Shown: positions 35,001-48,942 of the stretch, one piece after another | How the letters are laid out: every line of letters begins with the position of its first letter | How positions within the stretch are numbered: the first letter of the stretch is position 1 | Notes under the pieces: generated by a model | What the model was told of the DNA's origin: nothing | Seen by the model: the letters and a program-made list of their open reading frames with translations, nothing else | Database searches by the model: none | Program-made: the position numbers and the translations under genes | Source of the DNA: Azolla caroliniana | Taxonomy: Eukaryota; Plantae; Polypodiophyta | DNA: 64,000 nt | Direction of reading: 5' to 3' | NCBI GenBank assembly: GCA_043228905.1 | Contig: JBHGNT010000015.1 | Location: 3,224,001-3,288,000, forward strand

Positions 35001-37599
35001 TTTAAATGGGGACCAGTCCAAACTATCGTGGAATGGGGTTAGTGCATTTATGCTTATGCCATGTCACTTGAACCATTATTGGGTTTCAGCATTCAACAAT
35101 GGTTATCCTCGTGTTCAGCAAGTTGTTTTGATGACATAAATGCCAATCTTTAGTACCTTTGTTTAGGGAGCTCCCAAAGCCATTGGATACCGGTCACTGA
35201 AAGGAATAATGCCTCGATGATTATTGGGGCTGCTCGCATCTCTGCCTGAATTATATCTTGGGGCCCAAAAGAAAGAAATATACCTTAACATTTTGAAAAG
35301 ACCATAATTACCTGTGGTTCCAAACAAAGCAATGACTATTCATGTTAACTCATCAATGTGAGTAACGATAGAAAAAACACAAAGGAAAATTCTCTTCATA
35401 CGCTAGCCTCATGTAACAAAATATCTTGAAATGTAATCATGAATCATTAATAACCAACAATCAGGTTCTGTGCCTGTTTGTTGAATTGAAATTACTGGCC
35501 TCGTAAAAGAGGGGCTTATAATTGGCCATTTTTTGCCCTAGTGCACTTTTCAGTTGATCCAATTTCTTCTCTGTCCAGTTTGATGTTTTGTCCTAATGCC
35601 TTTATTTTTCTCTAAGTTGGTCGTACCCATAAATGGACAATCAAGGTTATGCTGAAATAATGAGAGCGCATCCATATCCATGTACGTAATGCCAGCGTTT
35701 GATTTATGAATACCACCACTAATTGGTTTCACCTTCTGCTAGTTGCATGGATGAGGGAAGAGCAAACTGTGGACAGCAATCTCCATACGATTCCCAAGTT
35801 CGGCAAGTCATTTCTTGAAAAATGTGCCTATTTGAATATTAGACTCCAACTCAGTTCTATATATGTCGTGGTACTCATGTTTTGCTCCTCATCATGCAAT
35901 CAATTGTCATAACTAATGGACTTTTGATGTCTCAGGAAGAGGGAAAAATGATATTCATGTGCACCATTCCTGAAAATCTAGCAACTGTGACCATTTCATT
36001 ATGAAGTGGAAATAAACTCATTATCAGAGTAACGTAACAAGGAAACATATCCTTTAGTTTGGAGGGATGGTCCAGATACCAGAGTTAGTTCTCCACCCTA
36101 TTTTTTCTAGTCTGGTAATATTAGTGTAAAGTTCAAATGAGACTTTAGTTCTGCTCGAGATGTTCATTTGCTAATCCTTGACTTATGTAGGAGCAGTAAG
36201 AACATTTCTTAGGGTCTGAGGGTAGATTGCCCTTTTATTTCAATTTACATGCAAGAACTGTACAATAGCTGCCTTAGTTACTTTTGTACTAAGAGTTTTT
36301 TGTTGTAACAATTTTATTACCTAGTTGGCTGCACATTAGGGAGTCGGCCACATTGTATGAACCTACCCTTTGACAATTACAGATATGCATATTGCACGCA
36401 GACTGAGAGTGCAGGCCTTTAAAACAGATATGCCAACAGGAACCCTAATGACTGGAACACAAAATTAGCACGAACACCCACAAGATGTTTATTAAACCAG
36501 CCATATGACAAAACACAACCAGATTTCGTTCATCATGCAAGCATCTTTCAATTATGACTTCATTAACTTCAATACCCAGGCCAGGATATTTGTAGTTGAG
36601 AATTCTCCAAACTCTTCAATTATCATGTTAAAAACTAAATGATCTGCAAAAGATTCTTACTATATTATGATGTTATCTTGAGAAAAGGTGTGAGCTGCAT
36701 GAGGTGAGGCTTGAAAACAAGGAGCTGAAAAACAAAATGAATGCATTCAAAGAGTTGCTTAAACAGAGAGATATTTGCAAACGAGAATTGGAGTGCAGGC
36801 AGAACAGTTTGAGGGAACAAGCTGTATCCATGGCGCTTCTGACTTCTACCAAAGTATCAATCCTTTGTACCAAAATTCAAATCTTCTTGATGCTGATGCA
36901 TATTTATATGTATATATTTGAAATATTTTTCCTTCATGCCTGGATATGGTATTTTAAAATTAGGCTGCACAACAATTCACATGGACTCTTCATACAGTAA
37001 ATCTAACACTATTTTTTCCAAACAAAATTAGATCTTTCCAAAGGTGTTCTACTTATATAGATGTAGTAAAAATTTAGATGGTTTTAGGGGAGGCATGTGA
37101 AGCGTTGTTTCACCTTGGTGTTCTTGTTAATTGATTGCTTAGAAATCATCTGCTGACAACGATCTGAAGAACAGAATCGAGGAACTTTCGGTTGAATTGA
37201 GTCACATACAAACTCAAGCATCCAATCGATTAGGTCCCACAAATGACAGTTATTTCAAAAGTAGCTCCAGAGTAAGCGCATTCCCAGAAATTCTCAGCAA
37301 GGCATGTGCTTACTGAAACCTCAGATCATATGATATTTTCGTCTACAGTCTCTTTGCTGTAGTTTTGTTTTTTGTGTAAGTGACATTCGAGAATGCAGGT
37401 GGTGTCTACAGGACAAGGATCCTGTATGAAACAGGATTCAAACAGAAGTGTAAGGTTGTCAAGATGGAGATGGAGCCAACAATGGTGGATGTTGCACTTG
37501 AGATGGTGGCAAAAAGCAGAACCACCACCAGAATGGATTAAGCATCCACATATTTCACATGCAACTGCCCATGAATCTGACCAATGTCATCTCTTGTAA
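17016..37599 (+). CDS. KIN4A: Kinesin-4 family motor protein (FRA1/KIN4A-type), 26 exons, ~1166 aa
   Basis: Exons: 17016-17336, 18699-18845, 19250-19402, 23095-23369, 24686-24870, 24952-25076, 26242-26278, 26602-26693, 26812-26925, 27691-27792, 29020-29106, 29200-29416, 30293-30405, 30498-30596, 30712-30825, 30893-31009, 31098-31178, 31760-31831, 31921-32020, 32264-32295, 32386-32483, 32564-32662, 33787-34011, 36688-36853, 37143-37271, 37399-37599 (3501 nt, in frame). Motifs: P-loop [53 protein letters not shown], kinesin-4 coiled coil ([17 protein letters not shown]) and a Trp-rich FRA1-type tail. A versus B paralogue assignment is uncertain. Confidence 0.93.
17730..18600. repeat. Degenerate ~175-bp tandem units (about 4) followed by one inverted unit, in kinesin intron 1
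   Basis: TGG(C/T)AAA anchors at ~17753, 17996, 18174 and 18347; AGACCAAT anchors at ~17910, 18085 and 18264; reverse-complement copy (ATTGGTCTCC...AAAACCCATCTACTA) at 18440-18590. Confidence 0.65.
19661..21795 (-). mobile_element. LINE family A, longest degraded copy (RT, CCHC, 3' UTR, tail) in kinesin intron 3
   Basis: On -: [14 protein letters not shown] (~21735-21795), GLKQGCPL...ILLYSDD (21395-21610), [11 protein letters not shown]...[13 protein letters not shown] (~20280-20380), and the family 3' terminus at ~19661-19760. Contains stops and deletions. Confidence 0.88.
21930..22730 (-). mobile_element. LINE fragments: APE endonuclease N-terminus joined to a family-B C-terminal piece
   Basis: [10 protein letters not shown]...ADIIFLTET (22232-22429) is the APE motif; [10 protein letters not shown]...KICNVCNE...[12 protein letters not shown] lies at ~21950-22085. 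I cannot tell whether the APE piece belongs to family A or B. Confidence 0.7.
22760..22915 (+). mobile_element. LINE family A-related 3' end
   Basis: GTTGTTCTTGAAGATAAGACAACA..AAGATGCAATCTCTTGTTC...TCTTAAAA terminus. Confidence 0.65.
23730..24440 (+). mobile_element. Two tandem 5'-truncated LINE family A copies in kinesin intron 4
   Basis: The 3' terminus CTCAAAGACGAGACAAC.CTTAAGATGTAATCTCTT.TTTGGTCTTATAGGCCAT...TCTTAAAAGA occurs at 23870-23970 and at 24335-24430. Confidence 0.85.
25470..25570 (+). mobile_element. LINE family A 3' end (short, diverged)
   Basis: TTCTCAAAGACAAGACAA...TAAGATGTAACCTCTC.TTTGGTCTC...TCTTTCTTTCTT. Confidence 0.65.
26939..27603. mobile_element. LINE family A cluster in kinesin intron 9: a minus copy, then a plus 3' end duplicated in tandem (205-bp period)
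   Basis: AGAAAGAAAGAAAG...AAGACCAAACAAGAGATT (-) from 26939; plus termini at ~27206 and ~27411, each followed by the same flank. Confidence 0.8.
28610..28886. mobile_element. MITE-like element with long degenerate TIRs
   Basis: ATGGAAAAACTCTGGAATACC versus GGTATTTTAGAGTTTTTCCAT (19/21 complementary), with weaker complementarity extending ~70 bp inward and an internal ~29-bp tandem duplication. No convincing TSD. Confidence 0.6.
33318..33665 (-). mobile_element. Two adjacent LINE family A 3' fragments in kinesin intron 22
   Basis: GAAAGAAAGAAATATTAACGTCTTTTAAG starts at ~33322 and again at ~33591. Confidence 0.85.
34180..35260 (-). mobile_element. LINE family A fragment (~1.1 kb) in kinesin intron 23
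   Basis: Colinear with 19770-20890 (AAAGATCTCTAGCATAGG, AAAGAGGCAATGGTATC, TAGTGGGCCATCT, CCCAAAGCCATTGGATA). Confidence 0.85.
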
Positions 37600-40500
37600 A
37601 AGCTAAATATTCTTCTTCTTTTTGTCAATTGTAAGTTATTTGATCATCGGTGGTGCCTCTTGTGTCGTCTTCTCCTTGTGTTTTCTTCACCTAGCTATAA
37701 ATTCTGTTTCTTAACTGGATGAAGAGTTCAGAATGATGAATCAATGAGCCAACTGACAAAGAAGCTTTTGATTGATTTCATTGTAGATCCTTGGTTTACA
37801 CCGAAGACGAAATCGGTTTTTCCTTTGTAATTTTGAGGAGGCTTTCAAGTCAATATGTTATGGTGATGATTCTTTTATAATAGGATGCCTTTGCTGTTTA
37901 TATTGCATTAATCCACTTTTTGCGATAATTTATAGATCTATTTGTAGCTCAATGTGGATTTGATTTCTCAAATTATCTTCATGTGCGCACAAATCTTGTG
38001 CGTATGTATAATCACATGTTTTAAGAGCCACAAACTTTTTGCGACAAAAATTTAGTGTTTCTTGGAATTTGCATATACTTAATGTAACATATTGCACAGA
38101 ATACATCTGCTTTAAGGTTCATTTCATTAGGGGAGAAAGAATTGACAAAATAGGCATATTTTTGTGGAATGTAACAAGATTATTCATGTAGTTTATAAGT
38201 CCAAACTAATTAACTTTACGTTTTGTTTTGGATAATAAACCCATGTACTTGTTTTGGATCACTAAACCTAGGTCCATTTTGATTAAGAATTTTGGAAAAT
38301 CTCATGGAGAACCATTAGTCTCTTGAGAACCATATATTTCAAGGATTTGTATAAAATTTTACAAAATTGAGTCGATGGTTTAAGATCATTATGAAATTGT
38401 ATAATGTTAAAGTGCCACATTTTGGTGAAAATAATGTTCTTCCTAGAACAATCCACCAAACGGTATAAAGCCTAGGAAATCATTTTATGGAATTTCCTAA
38501 TCTAACATCTTATTCATGTATCTTGCATGCAATATTAAGAACCAGTAATTCAACACCAAAATATACCCATGAATAAAGAGGTTGGAGCCTTTCCTTGAAC
38601 TCAATGTGAGTTTAATAGCATGCCTATTGGGCCAAGCTCTTGCTTTGTTTTACATTCACTTGGATTTGAAGCAAATAGCTACTTTTGTTCGGGGTCACAT
38701 TTCATTATACCCTTTCCCTCATTACCTTGTTGCATTGCTTGTGTGTCTCTATTGTGTGGGCCATCCTAACATATCTTCAAGAATCACTTTTAAAAAGCCA
38801 AGCATTTGAATATGCTATGATTGTTTGTTGGATGTCCATGTTTTTGCGCTAGCTTACGTGTAACAGGCTATTTTGAAATATTAGAATCTACATCTTGGAA
38901 TCTCAAGAATGGGGGTACTTTTGAAGGCTCTATTCAATTCATACAAATCCTAACATTTGAAAGCTAGGATTCACATTTACTTTTAAAGCTTTACGCAAAA
39001 TATTTTCAAAGATTGATAGGAAATCATTCTAGTTTCTTTCGGGTTCCAAAACCTCTTAAGGTTATCGAAGAATATATGTCTTGACATTTATAATTGTAAT
39101 CATTATACCATGGCATAACAGCAAACATTTTATAATTAATTTCTCTCTCCACATCCATGGGAACATGAAGGTTTCGAGTGTGCTCAATTTGTTCTCTTTT
39201 CGAACTTGGATATCAAATGACATTTATAACCAGCAAACATTAATTCATTGATTTCTATTGCCTTCGGGATAGTTGGGTTGGACAGCATGCATAAAATTGA
39301 TTGATCATTAGTGTAGAGCATAGTTTGCTTTAGGAACTTTATGCTCTTTATGGTTTCGGATAAAACTTTAATTTAATAACCTATCAAACTTTATGTTTGA
39401 GTTGGCGCCAAAGAGCATTGCCACTAGGTGGTGTAGTTACTTTTCACAGTGAAAGAATAGGAGCTCCTATATTTTTACTGGGTTTTCCTTGGAGAGGCAT
39501 TTTATGCGTCCGGAAAGGTATATTGTTGCTCTTCCCCCTCCCTCTTTCCTTTTGTCTAAACTTCTACATGGTTTTAGTACTATGGTCCTTGTGCATCTAG
39601 CATTTCATTCAATTCAAGCAAGTTTGAGTTGATGTTCGCACATGAACATTTCACACAAATAACAAAATGCATCAAATGAAATATGGAAGTGTAACAAATC
39701 AATAGAAATCTACAACATGTTAACAATTTTGATTACAAGCTATATGTCAACTAATGTAATCCACTACATATTTAGTGAATATAAAAATCAATAAAATTTT
39801 ATAAGAATTTGTCGGTTTCAATTAGAATAAAAAGATGAACAAGTACATCTAGTATTTATTCATTAGTTCCTTTTGTCCAACATCTTCTATCTTTATTATT
39901 TTCATTGTCTTCTGCACTCTTATAGTGTCTAGCATTAATTAATATTTGTTTATTCCTCCCTTGAATTCTTGGATAGGTAGTTTATATTGTAGAATCGACA
40001 TCATGAAAAAAGATAGAACAAATGATAGAAACCACACTGGGAAGGCTAACACGTTATTACAACAAACAAACAGGTTTTAATGTCCACAACAGAACAAATA
40101 CGATAATTGAGAAACCCCAAGTTTGATCTTTACCACAACCTTGACCTCATCCCATAAATTGATTTGTTCTCTTTTGGACATTAAAATTTGTTTGTTTGTC
40201 GTAAGAATGTGTTAGCCTTCCCAATGTGGTTTCTATCATTTGTTTCTTCATTTGTTCTATCTTCTCCTTGTCATTTATACAAACCCTTATCACATGGACA
40301 TGATACTATTACTAATTCACAATCACCAATATTTTTTAAGCTCATAGTGAAGGATATCAAGGATTACTTGGTGTTGTTGCACATGTTTGTGCCACTGTAG
40401 TTTGTGGATCTTTATAGATCCTTAGTGGGCTCATTGTGTCATAAGAATAAAACTGGTTGATAAATGAGCTACATAAGAAATAATGGGTTGATGGAAAACA

Positions 40501-40605
40501 CATTTTGTCAACAAGGTATCCAAAAAAGTGTATGCAACTAAGTAGCGTCATATATTTATTGTACCTTTGAACACCTGCAGTAACTAGCCAAAGTTTTACG
40601 TTTAA

Positions 40606-41059
40606 TGTTAGAGGTAGCTACTAATGTAAACATATGGTAAGGATAATATAGATAATTAGATAAGAGAGGAGAGATAGAAAGAAGGGCGTCGATCCACCCG
40701 ACCACCCCCGATTGAAGGGATCGAGACAGACTCGAGCCTCGATCGACGTCCCATACCACCATTGTGGCATCAAGTCGTACCTAGTACTGGCATGCTCACT
40801 ACAAGAGTTGATCCACCACAAGGACAAAGTCTCGATATAGTCGATAATGTGTCAAATGAGCGTAGTTAGGCCTCATATTTATAGCCAAACCTAAGGCCCA
40901 CGGGCAAAGTTCACACTTTGCCTTAATGGGTTGTCTCAATCTCAAGGAAGTAATTCTTCCCTTCTTTACACTCTCGTTTAACCCTCACACTTTATCCACG
41001 TGTAAAGAATACTACGGTATAATGTTACCACGGGATATTATATGGTCATGCCCGTAACA
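40606..41059. mobile_element. Solo LTR (454 bp)
   Basis: Termini TGTTA...TAACA flanked by the 5-bp direct repeat TTTAA (40601-40605, 41060-41064); GC-richer than its flanks. The TSD is AT-rich, so there is some chance of coincidence. Confidence 0.7.
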
Positions 41060-41559
41060 TTTAATCATAGAAGTCTTTAATAGTGTTGGGTTAATATGCA
41101 TCTATGTCCATAGCTCATAATTGTGAAATTTACACAATATTTCTATCTGAATGAGAATGAGATCATTCCTATATCATTTGCCTCATCAGAAGATGAAGAA
41201 CATGCACAGTTACATCCTACTAAGGGAATTCACAAGGATGCACTTGGTAGTAAATGGAGGGAGGAGGGCTTAGATGACACACATATGCAAGCTTAATTAA
41301 TAGAGAAAGTTGTGAGCAACTGACTTGTCTAAAAAGTGCAAATCCTTTCTCTGACTTATCAGCCATAAAGCCCTCCCAATTGGTAAACAACTACAACTGA
41401 GAGGCAAAGATGGTGCTTGTAAGAGCTGCAACTATGATTCATAGTCAATTGGACATTGATTATGGTCTTGCACATATACAAATATGATTTAGGAAAGAAT
41501 TATACACATTCTAGTGGCATGCAACATGGAAGGCTCGATTTCATTTGGTTATGCTATAT

Positions 41560-42000
41560 GGTGGTCTCTACAAAAAAGGCGTGGATGTGTGGAGCACATG
41601 ACTCCTCCTTAGCCCTCATAGTGCACATAACCCACTAGACATGGATAATGCTTGCATGTACACAATTTTGGGGATCACGAAATCTACGAAAAGCATGGTT
41701 AACTATGGCATCAATCGGTATGTGGAACATTTGGAAATACCGATGTCTCAAATAGTACTCAGGATAAACACACACAATTGCAAATGTCATCACAACTATA
41801 TGGATTGATCTAGTGGTATCCTTGCATGTACAATTCGAAAACCTACAAGGAGATTCAGAGTCTCAAGAGTTGGCATGGGCACAATTTATCTCCCTTTTGG
41901 AATCCACACCATTGGTGGACTTCATGTTAGGACATCCGAAATGGTGCTTCCAGCTGCCTCACTGGCGCTACCCCCCTTTGCTAGCACCCATATTGTTTTC
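41560..42000 (+). mobile_element. Possible degraded L1-type LINE ORF2 C-terminal remnant
   Basis: WLTMASIGMWNIWKYRC at ~41696-41747 resembles the W.IW..RN motif of plant L1 ORF2; single motif only. Confidence 0.4.
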
Positions 42001-45000
42001 AATGATATCAATGTCTAGTTGCATTCAAAAGCTTGCTAGTTGTGTCTTGATGCTTATTGAAAAATAACAGGTTTTGTCAGGCAGTTGTTTATTGTTATGT
42101 GGACAACGATTGCCCACCTTTCTTTTATCTAAGATGTCACACAACTATAGCCCAATATATATGAAAACAATCTATAAATAGTAGAGTATCTATAGATACT
42201 TAGCGTGTACATAGCGTAATTTGTATATGCAATTCACATAACTAATGGGAATCAGTTTTTTTTTCGGGAACAAAATTTTTATATGATTGCCTAAACCTTC
42301 AATATAAGAACTACAAGAAACTGAAATTGCATGTAAAACATCATATTCTTTTATTCCCATAGCACCAATTTAATCTATGGTTACCTTATTAAAATCTTGT
42401 TATTTGTAAATCAATATGAGGTGAAGCCCCAAGTAATTGGTTTGGTGTTAGTGTCATTGTATATATTTATAGTATGAGCCTTGAGGCCATGCACCCAAAC
42501 ACAATTTGCTTCTAAATATATGGTTTTATAACTCACTTTCCACAATCTCAAGGTTTAGAACAATACATTGACCAAAGCAATGTTATAGATCATCACAATG
42601 AAATGACAAGTTGCTTACTATTTCTTGAAACATTCAAGGAAGTATATATGCTCCCCTAGATTTTATGTTTTTTGAAATTATTCAATCATTGTCTACTCTA
42701 TGTAATGTAATTGTGGCTTTCAATTTTGATACAATGAAATGCAATATGATTCTTTATTTGTCAATACAATGATTAACTTTACCCTTTAAAATGCAATGCT
42801 ATTGATTTTGCTCTTTATATTGTAATGGTGTAAAGTCTTTTTTTTTGAGCAAAAATTTAGCATGGATTATATCAAACTAAATATAGGAGGTTAGAATTTC
42901 TATAGCCTAGGTTGGAGATTATATATACAATAATTTATGGGGATGTCTATAGCATCTTATGCATTGCATTTGTTGTGATTTATCATGTTGTCGTGCTTAA
43001 TTTTGAACCTATCTATTCCTGGAAAGGGTCGTGGTTGGGGTTGGATAAGTGTCACTCTTTTAGATGTACTTGTTTAGTAGTGTCAATAGCCACTTGCCCT
43101 TAGAAATTCTCTCATTCATATAAAGCTCTTTTGAAAGTATGACCATTCCAATCAATATAAAATTTCTAATAAGGGCATAGGTCTTAAACAAAAACAAACG
43201 GCAAAAGTTTCACATAAGTTTGGGATCATAGTGAACATAAACTACTACAACAAATTTTAAGGTAGAAAATTTTCAAAAATATTCGAACAAGAATAATTGA
43301 TCATTGTGTCGTAAGATCCTACTTTTTTCTTGAAAAGAAGAAGACAAAGATGATAACCACAATGGTTAAGTATAACTTGAAAGCAAACTTTCAAAGCTAA
43401 GTAGTAGGCTAAATCATGTGGATGGTGATTGAATTTTGATAGGAAATATTGTCACGACACACACACACACAATGAACATATGGACCATGGTCCACAAGCT
43501 TGTCTTTTTTTAAGTAAGATATGAAACTCATATCATTCTACCAAATATTCATATATTTAATATATCATTCAAGATGCTATTATGAACAAGACTCATTGAT
43601 TGTCACATGGAATGTCTTATATTTTGTTTGCTCCCTCCTTGATTACGTGTACTGCAACTTCACAAATGCATACACGCTATATTTCGAGTTAGGTTGCTTC
43701 GACTACCTATAGAAGTATGTATGCATGCATCTTTCTGAAGAGGACTTCATGTGTCATGGAGATACCTTTGACAACAACAATGTTTGAAATGGACTAAAAA
43801 GCTCTGAATACATAAAATATACGAAACAATATGTACATGATGATTTGGAAAAAATGTGATGCATATCTATACCATATTGGATAAGCTTGATTGGTTGGGT
43901 AATCTATCATATTCAAAAAAAATTGCTATGTCCAAAATGTTCCAGATAAATGTTGTGAAAATTTAGACATTGGTCTGTTGATGCAATTTTTTGTTTAATG
44001 GTATCTCTTGGATTTAGACGACAAGAAAGAGGATCTTAGTCCTTACAACGTGCACCACTTGGGCAACTTGGACTCATATAGTACCCACACTAATATGAAG
44101 CCCGATGAACCTATATTCCAATCAACAGTAAATTGATCACATAAGCTTTAACTAGGATAAAGGTAAAAGTAACTAGCGTGACCCATTAGGGTGTAGAGTC
44201 TTCTTCTTTTTGCACATTGGAACCAAACATTTTGTCCAATAACAAAAGAACAAAGTAGATGTAGTGGTTTAAATTAGGTTACATGTCAATATTATCATTA
44301 TTTCAGACGAAATAAACATGTGACATGGTTAAAATTGATTGCATGTCCATCTATCATTTGTAAGGTCTAATATAGATTATGTTTTAAGCATACTATGTGT
44401 TGATTTGATATTATAGCCTATAGGTGAAGTTGCTATTGATCAAAGCCTATTCTATTTGTGCATGCCCGACATGAGAGCTTCTCGATTATAAGAAGACTTT
44501 AGGAAAGACCCTCTATGTTGATTGTAAATATTAATGCAAAATCCCAACGACAACATCTATGAGAAAACATGACAGTGTGCTATGAATAAAGCTTTCTTTA
44601 TGGTTTTAGCCAAATACAACTAAACATTGTATATTTTCATTGTTCTAACAATTGAGAGACAAATGTATAAATAGATCAATATAGCTTGGGTTGCCAAGGT
44701 ATATTATGTCGAGGATAACATTAAGGTATGGTTAGCATATATTTCTTTGAGAGGAGGTTAGAATTGTGGGTTCAAACTTCATACACAAAAAGAGGAACTA
44801 AAAGCAATGCAACCAGTAGGTAGAAGCCATGTGGTAGCTATATTTTTATATATCCATTGTATTGGTTAGACTAAGGTACCATTATGCAAAGATAAACTTT
44901 GAAACTTCCAACACAAAAAGAAGCTAGATAAAAGAGAATGTGTGGTATTGCGAGTAGACAAGGCATATCATGCTTCACAACTCTTTATGAAAGAAAAAGT

Positions 45001-46480
45001 TGTGTTCTAGACACCATGTTTTCGTGTTTGATTTCAATGTTCTTTCCTTTTTCAGATTGAATACGAAATATTGTATTACAATCAAACAAAAAGCAAAAGA
45101 GGATATGAGGTGAACCAAAGAGAAGAGTGCATCAAGTGAGCAAAGGAAACAAGGATCTCACCTACATATATCTTCGAAGGGAAACTATTGCCTTTAATAG
45201 CATCAAACTCCTACCATCTTTATACATAGTGCTTTTATAAGGTGATTGCTATTAGTCTCAAACCCTAGTTTGGGTCGTAAATAGTGAATCGTGTAAAGCC
45301 ATTTTCTTAGGAAAAAGAACACTTTACTAAATATTTGTGTATTTAGTACAACAAATGATGTAACAATAGAACCATTCACTATAAGACTTTTGCTTTACGT
45401 CATGTTAATGACCTTGCATTCCGATGATCATATTGCTTCACTTGGCATATGAGAGCAACAATGTGCCTAGCGAGAACGAAAACTCAATGATAAAATTGAT
45501 ATCGGCTAGGAGATTACGCAAGTGAATTTTTTGTTTGTGTTCACATTCTCAATGCCCAAGACGCTGAGGTTATAATGCGTTCATTTCACAGGTGCTTTAC
45601 ATTGCACAGGTGATTTACATTGCTAACATAATGATCACATTATAAGTTCTCACTAATTTACTAGCGTAAAGCGCATAGCTAATATGTATGAGACTAGTGG
45701 TGATTGAACTTCATGGCCAAGGATTGGTTTGTGCAGTGAAATGACGATGTGACCAAAATTAACGAGTGCATTTGTCTGTCCTTGTGCAAATCAGACATGG
45801 TGAGCAAGTATCTCATGTGCCTTGTACCGAGTGCCCACCCCCTCAAAGGGTGGGGGGGGGGGGAAGAGAGAGAGATGATTAAATAATAGTGGAAAAGAGA
45901 GGAGGAAAAAAGGGTCTTATGAAAGAGTCTAAAAACATTAGGAAAAGATAACCTCTAAAATAGATGGAAGGATATACCATTTTGAGAGAGAGAGAGAGAG
46001 ACACACACACACACACACACAAATAATAAAATTAACCAATACTAATAATAGCAATGGGTCAAGTTAAGCAAGAGTGAAGGCAAAAAAAATGAGTCAAAAG
46101 GGTATTCAAGCTAAGTCAGAGGCCATTATGCATGATTTGATTTCGTTTCTCAAGCCAGGGAGCGTGTGGTGCTTGGATCGAGCTTCGACATTCAAGCAAA
46201 CACGCACACACGCACACATGTTACCCACCATCTCACTTGAATGCTCAATGCTTTTGACACTAATATTATGTAACGAGGTATCAATCAATCAATCAATATT
46301 ATATTATATTATATATATATATATATCAGATGGATGTTAGATCAAAGTTCGGCTCGGAAGTTGTCCAGCTAGGGAAGCAGACCGAGCTCTTCTGTCTTGG
46401 ATCGTGTCAAATCACAAGCGGTGTTCTGCCTGTCACTTGACTCGACTCTCAACATAGTTTAGATACCATAAACTTCCCTC

Positions 46481-46519
<39 letters not shown>

Positions 46520-47307
46520 AACGCTTTTGTATTCGATGGTAGACATGGAGTGAAAGCATATCTATGAAAGTTGAAGGGAGTACTAATGTGGCAATTTTCT
46601 TTATTGGAGCAAGTGGAAATCCTTTCCTTTGTGGAATGTTCGTCTTGCCTATTGGCAATTCAACATGTTCCATTACCCATGTAGTGTAGTGTAGTTAGTG
46701 GGTGACCATTCTTCATGGTCACACCCATTGTAAGTAGTGTTTTTTACACACATTTATTAATATAATTGTGTGTTTTCACCAAGAGAGAGAGAGAGAGAGA
46801 GAGAGAGATTCATTCCATTCCATTCCATTCATGTCCCCAGGTATCGTGGGTGTCTGTGTCTGGGACATAAATGTGACAATGTTCGCTTTGTTCATTCGGT
46901 GGAATGCCAGTTTCTCGGGTCTTCCGACACTAAGACCCGACACTCTCCATTGAATCCCCATCTCATCTCTTCTCTTCTCTCTTTTTGGGGGGTTGGGGGG
47001 GGGGGGGAAGCTTTCCATATTTATGGAAAATACCCCTAATACCCCCCCCCCCCCCCCCAAAAAAACCTCTCTTTCTCTCTCTATTCTGTATATAAGTTTT
47101 CAATATCTATAGAAATACCCCTGCTCTGTTTCTGTCTGTCTGTGTGCCTTGTCTGCTCTGTGTGCTGGTTTTGGGAACAGAGTGACAGAGAAAGAGAGAG
47201 CTATATATATATATACATATATGTACATATATTCTCTTTCTCTCTTCCTGTTTGCCTTTTCTTCTTCTCCATTCTCTCATTACATCAAAATGGAGACCTC
47301 CTCCTAA

Positions 47308-47540
47308 TCTCTCTCTCTCTCTCTCTCTCTGTATATATACATATCTCTGTGTGTGTATATATACATATCTCTTTGTGTGTGTGTATATAGACATATCTCT
47401 CTGTGTGTGTTTATATACATATCTCTGTGTGCTTGTGTATATACATATCTCTCTGTGTTTGTATATACACATATCTCTCTTGGTGTGTATGTATACATAT
47501 CTGTGTGTGTGTATATATACATATATATATGTATATGTGG
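47308..47540. repeat. Higher-order compound microsatellite, about 8 units of (GT)n-(AT)n-ACAT-(CT)n, directly upstream of the PB1 start codon
   Basis: Units like GTGTGTATATACATATCTCT recur roughly every 26-30 bp. Confidence 0.85.
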
Positions 47541-47559
47541 TATCATCAATATAGATTCC

Positions 47560-48911
47560 ATGGCCCCCCGCCGCTCCGATCCCAATTCCCTTCTCTCCAC
47601 GGCTGCCGCCAACAACAGCATCGGCATCGGCGGAGGCGACACCATTAGAGATAGAGATCGGAGCGGCAGCAGCTCTCGATCGTCTCCGGAATATCCCGGG
47701 GAATATTCCGTCCCCGGGCCAGGAGGAGGCAGCCATCCCCCTCACGATGTGTCGCGGGTGAAGCTCATGTGTAGCTATGGCGGCCGGATTCTGCCTCGGC
47801 CTCACGACAACCACCTGCGGTACGTAGGCGGGGAGAGCCGGATCGTGGTGGTGGGCAGGACAGTCTCCTTCTCGGACCTCACAGCCAAGCTAGCCAGGAC
47901 CTTCTCGGCTTCTTACCACAATTCCTCATCAAATTCATGCCCTAATTCCTCTTCTTCTTCTTCTCCTCCTCCACCTCCTCCTCCCCCTTCTTTGCTCCTC
48001 ATCAAATACCAGCTCCCTGGCGAGGATCTCGATGCCCTCATCTCCGTCACTTCGGATGAAGACCTCGAGAATATGATGGAAGAATATGACAGGCTCAGCT
48101 CGGGGAATCGCTCCTCTTCTTCCACCTCCTCTTTGATTTCTAATTCGGCCTCCTCGATGATTTCTTCTTCTTCCTCTTCCTCTTCTTCTCGCCTCCGGCT
48201 GTTCTTGTTCCCTTTGAAACTGCAGCCTGAAGTATCTTCGAGGAGCAATAGCCAGTCTTCGAGCTTCTCGGACACGCGGGAGAGATGGTTCCTAGATGCT
48301 CTCAATGGCTCCTTACCAATGGCCCCTCCTCGAGACCTCCGCTCCGAATCCATCACATCTTCCATCTTCTCCGAAACGCCACCAGACAACTACAGCCATA
48401 ACCTTCATGGTGGTGGCACCTCCTCTTCAACAACTAGTGGCCACGTTGATCTGCTTGAAGAATGGGCGGCAGCAATTAGCTATGGAAATAGCAGTAATCA
48501 TCGTAGCTCACCTTCGGCAGATGCACATCTTCCATCTCCAACCCATCAAAATGCTGCTGATCTAAGTATGGATTCCACCCTTCCTTCCTCTAATTTGTTA
48601 GGTTCGTTGCTAGACCTTCAGCAACCTTCTTCTGCGATATCAGACGAGTTCTCTTCCGCTCCAGCCTCGCCTTCCTTATTACTCAAAACGAGGTCTCCTT
48701 CTGTGGCTCCCTCGTCTTCTTCTTCTGTGTCGGCCCCTCCTGTGGTCCTGTCTTTGTTGTCTGACAGGTCTCAATATGCTGTCACCAAAGGGCAGTCCGG
48801 ACCTGGCACCGACAGCAATCTAATGGCATTGTGTGGTTATGGCGAATCAATATCACAATATCAAGATCAAAGGTTAGTGAATCAAACTGTAGATGGTGAT
48901 GTCAGTAGTGG

Positions 48912-48942
<31 letters not shown>

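Noticed and set aside
47353-47559. N-terminal 69-aa extension of the PB1 ORF and the overlapping ORFs at 47107-47814
   Set aside because: These translate microsatellite sequence; the first in-frame ATG is at 47560.
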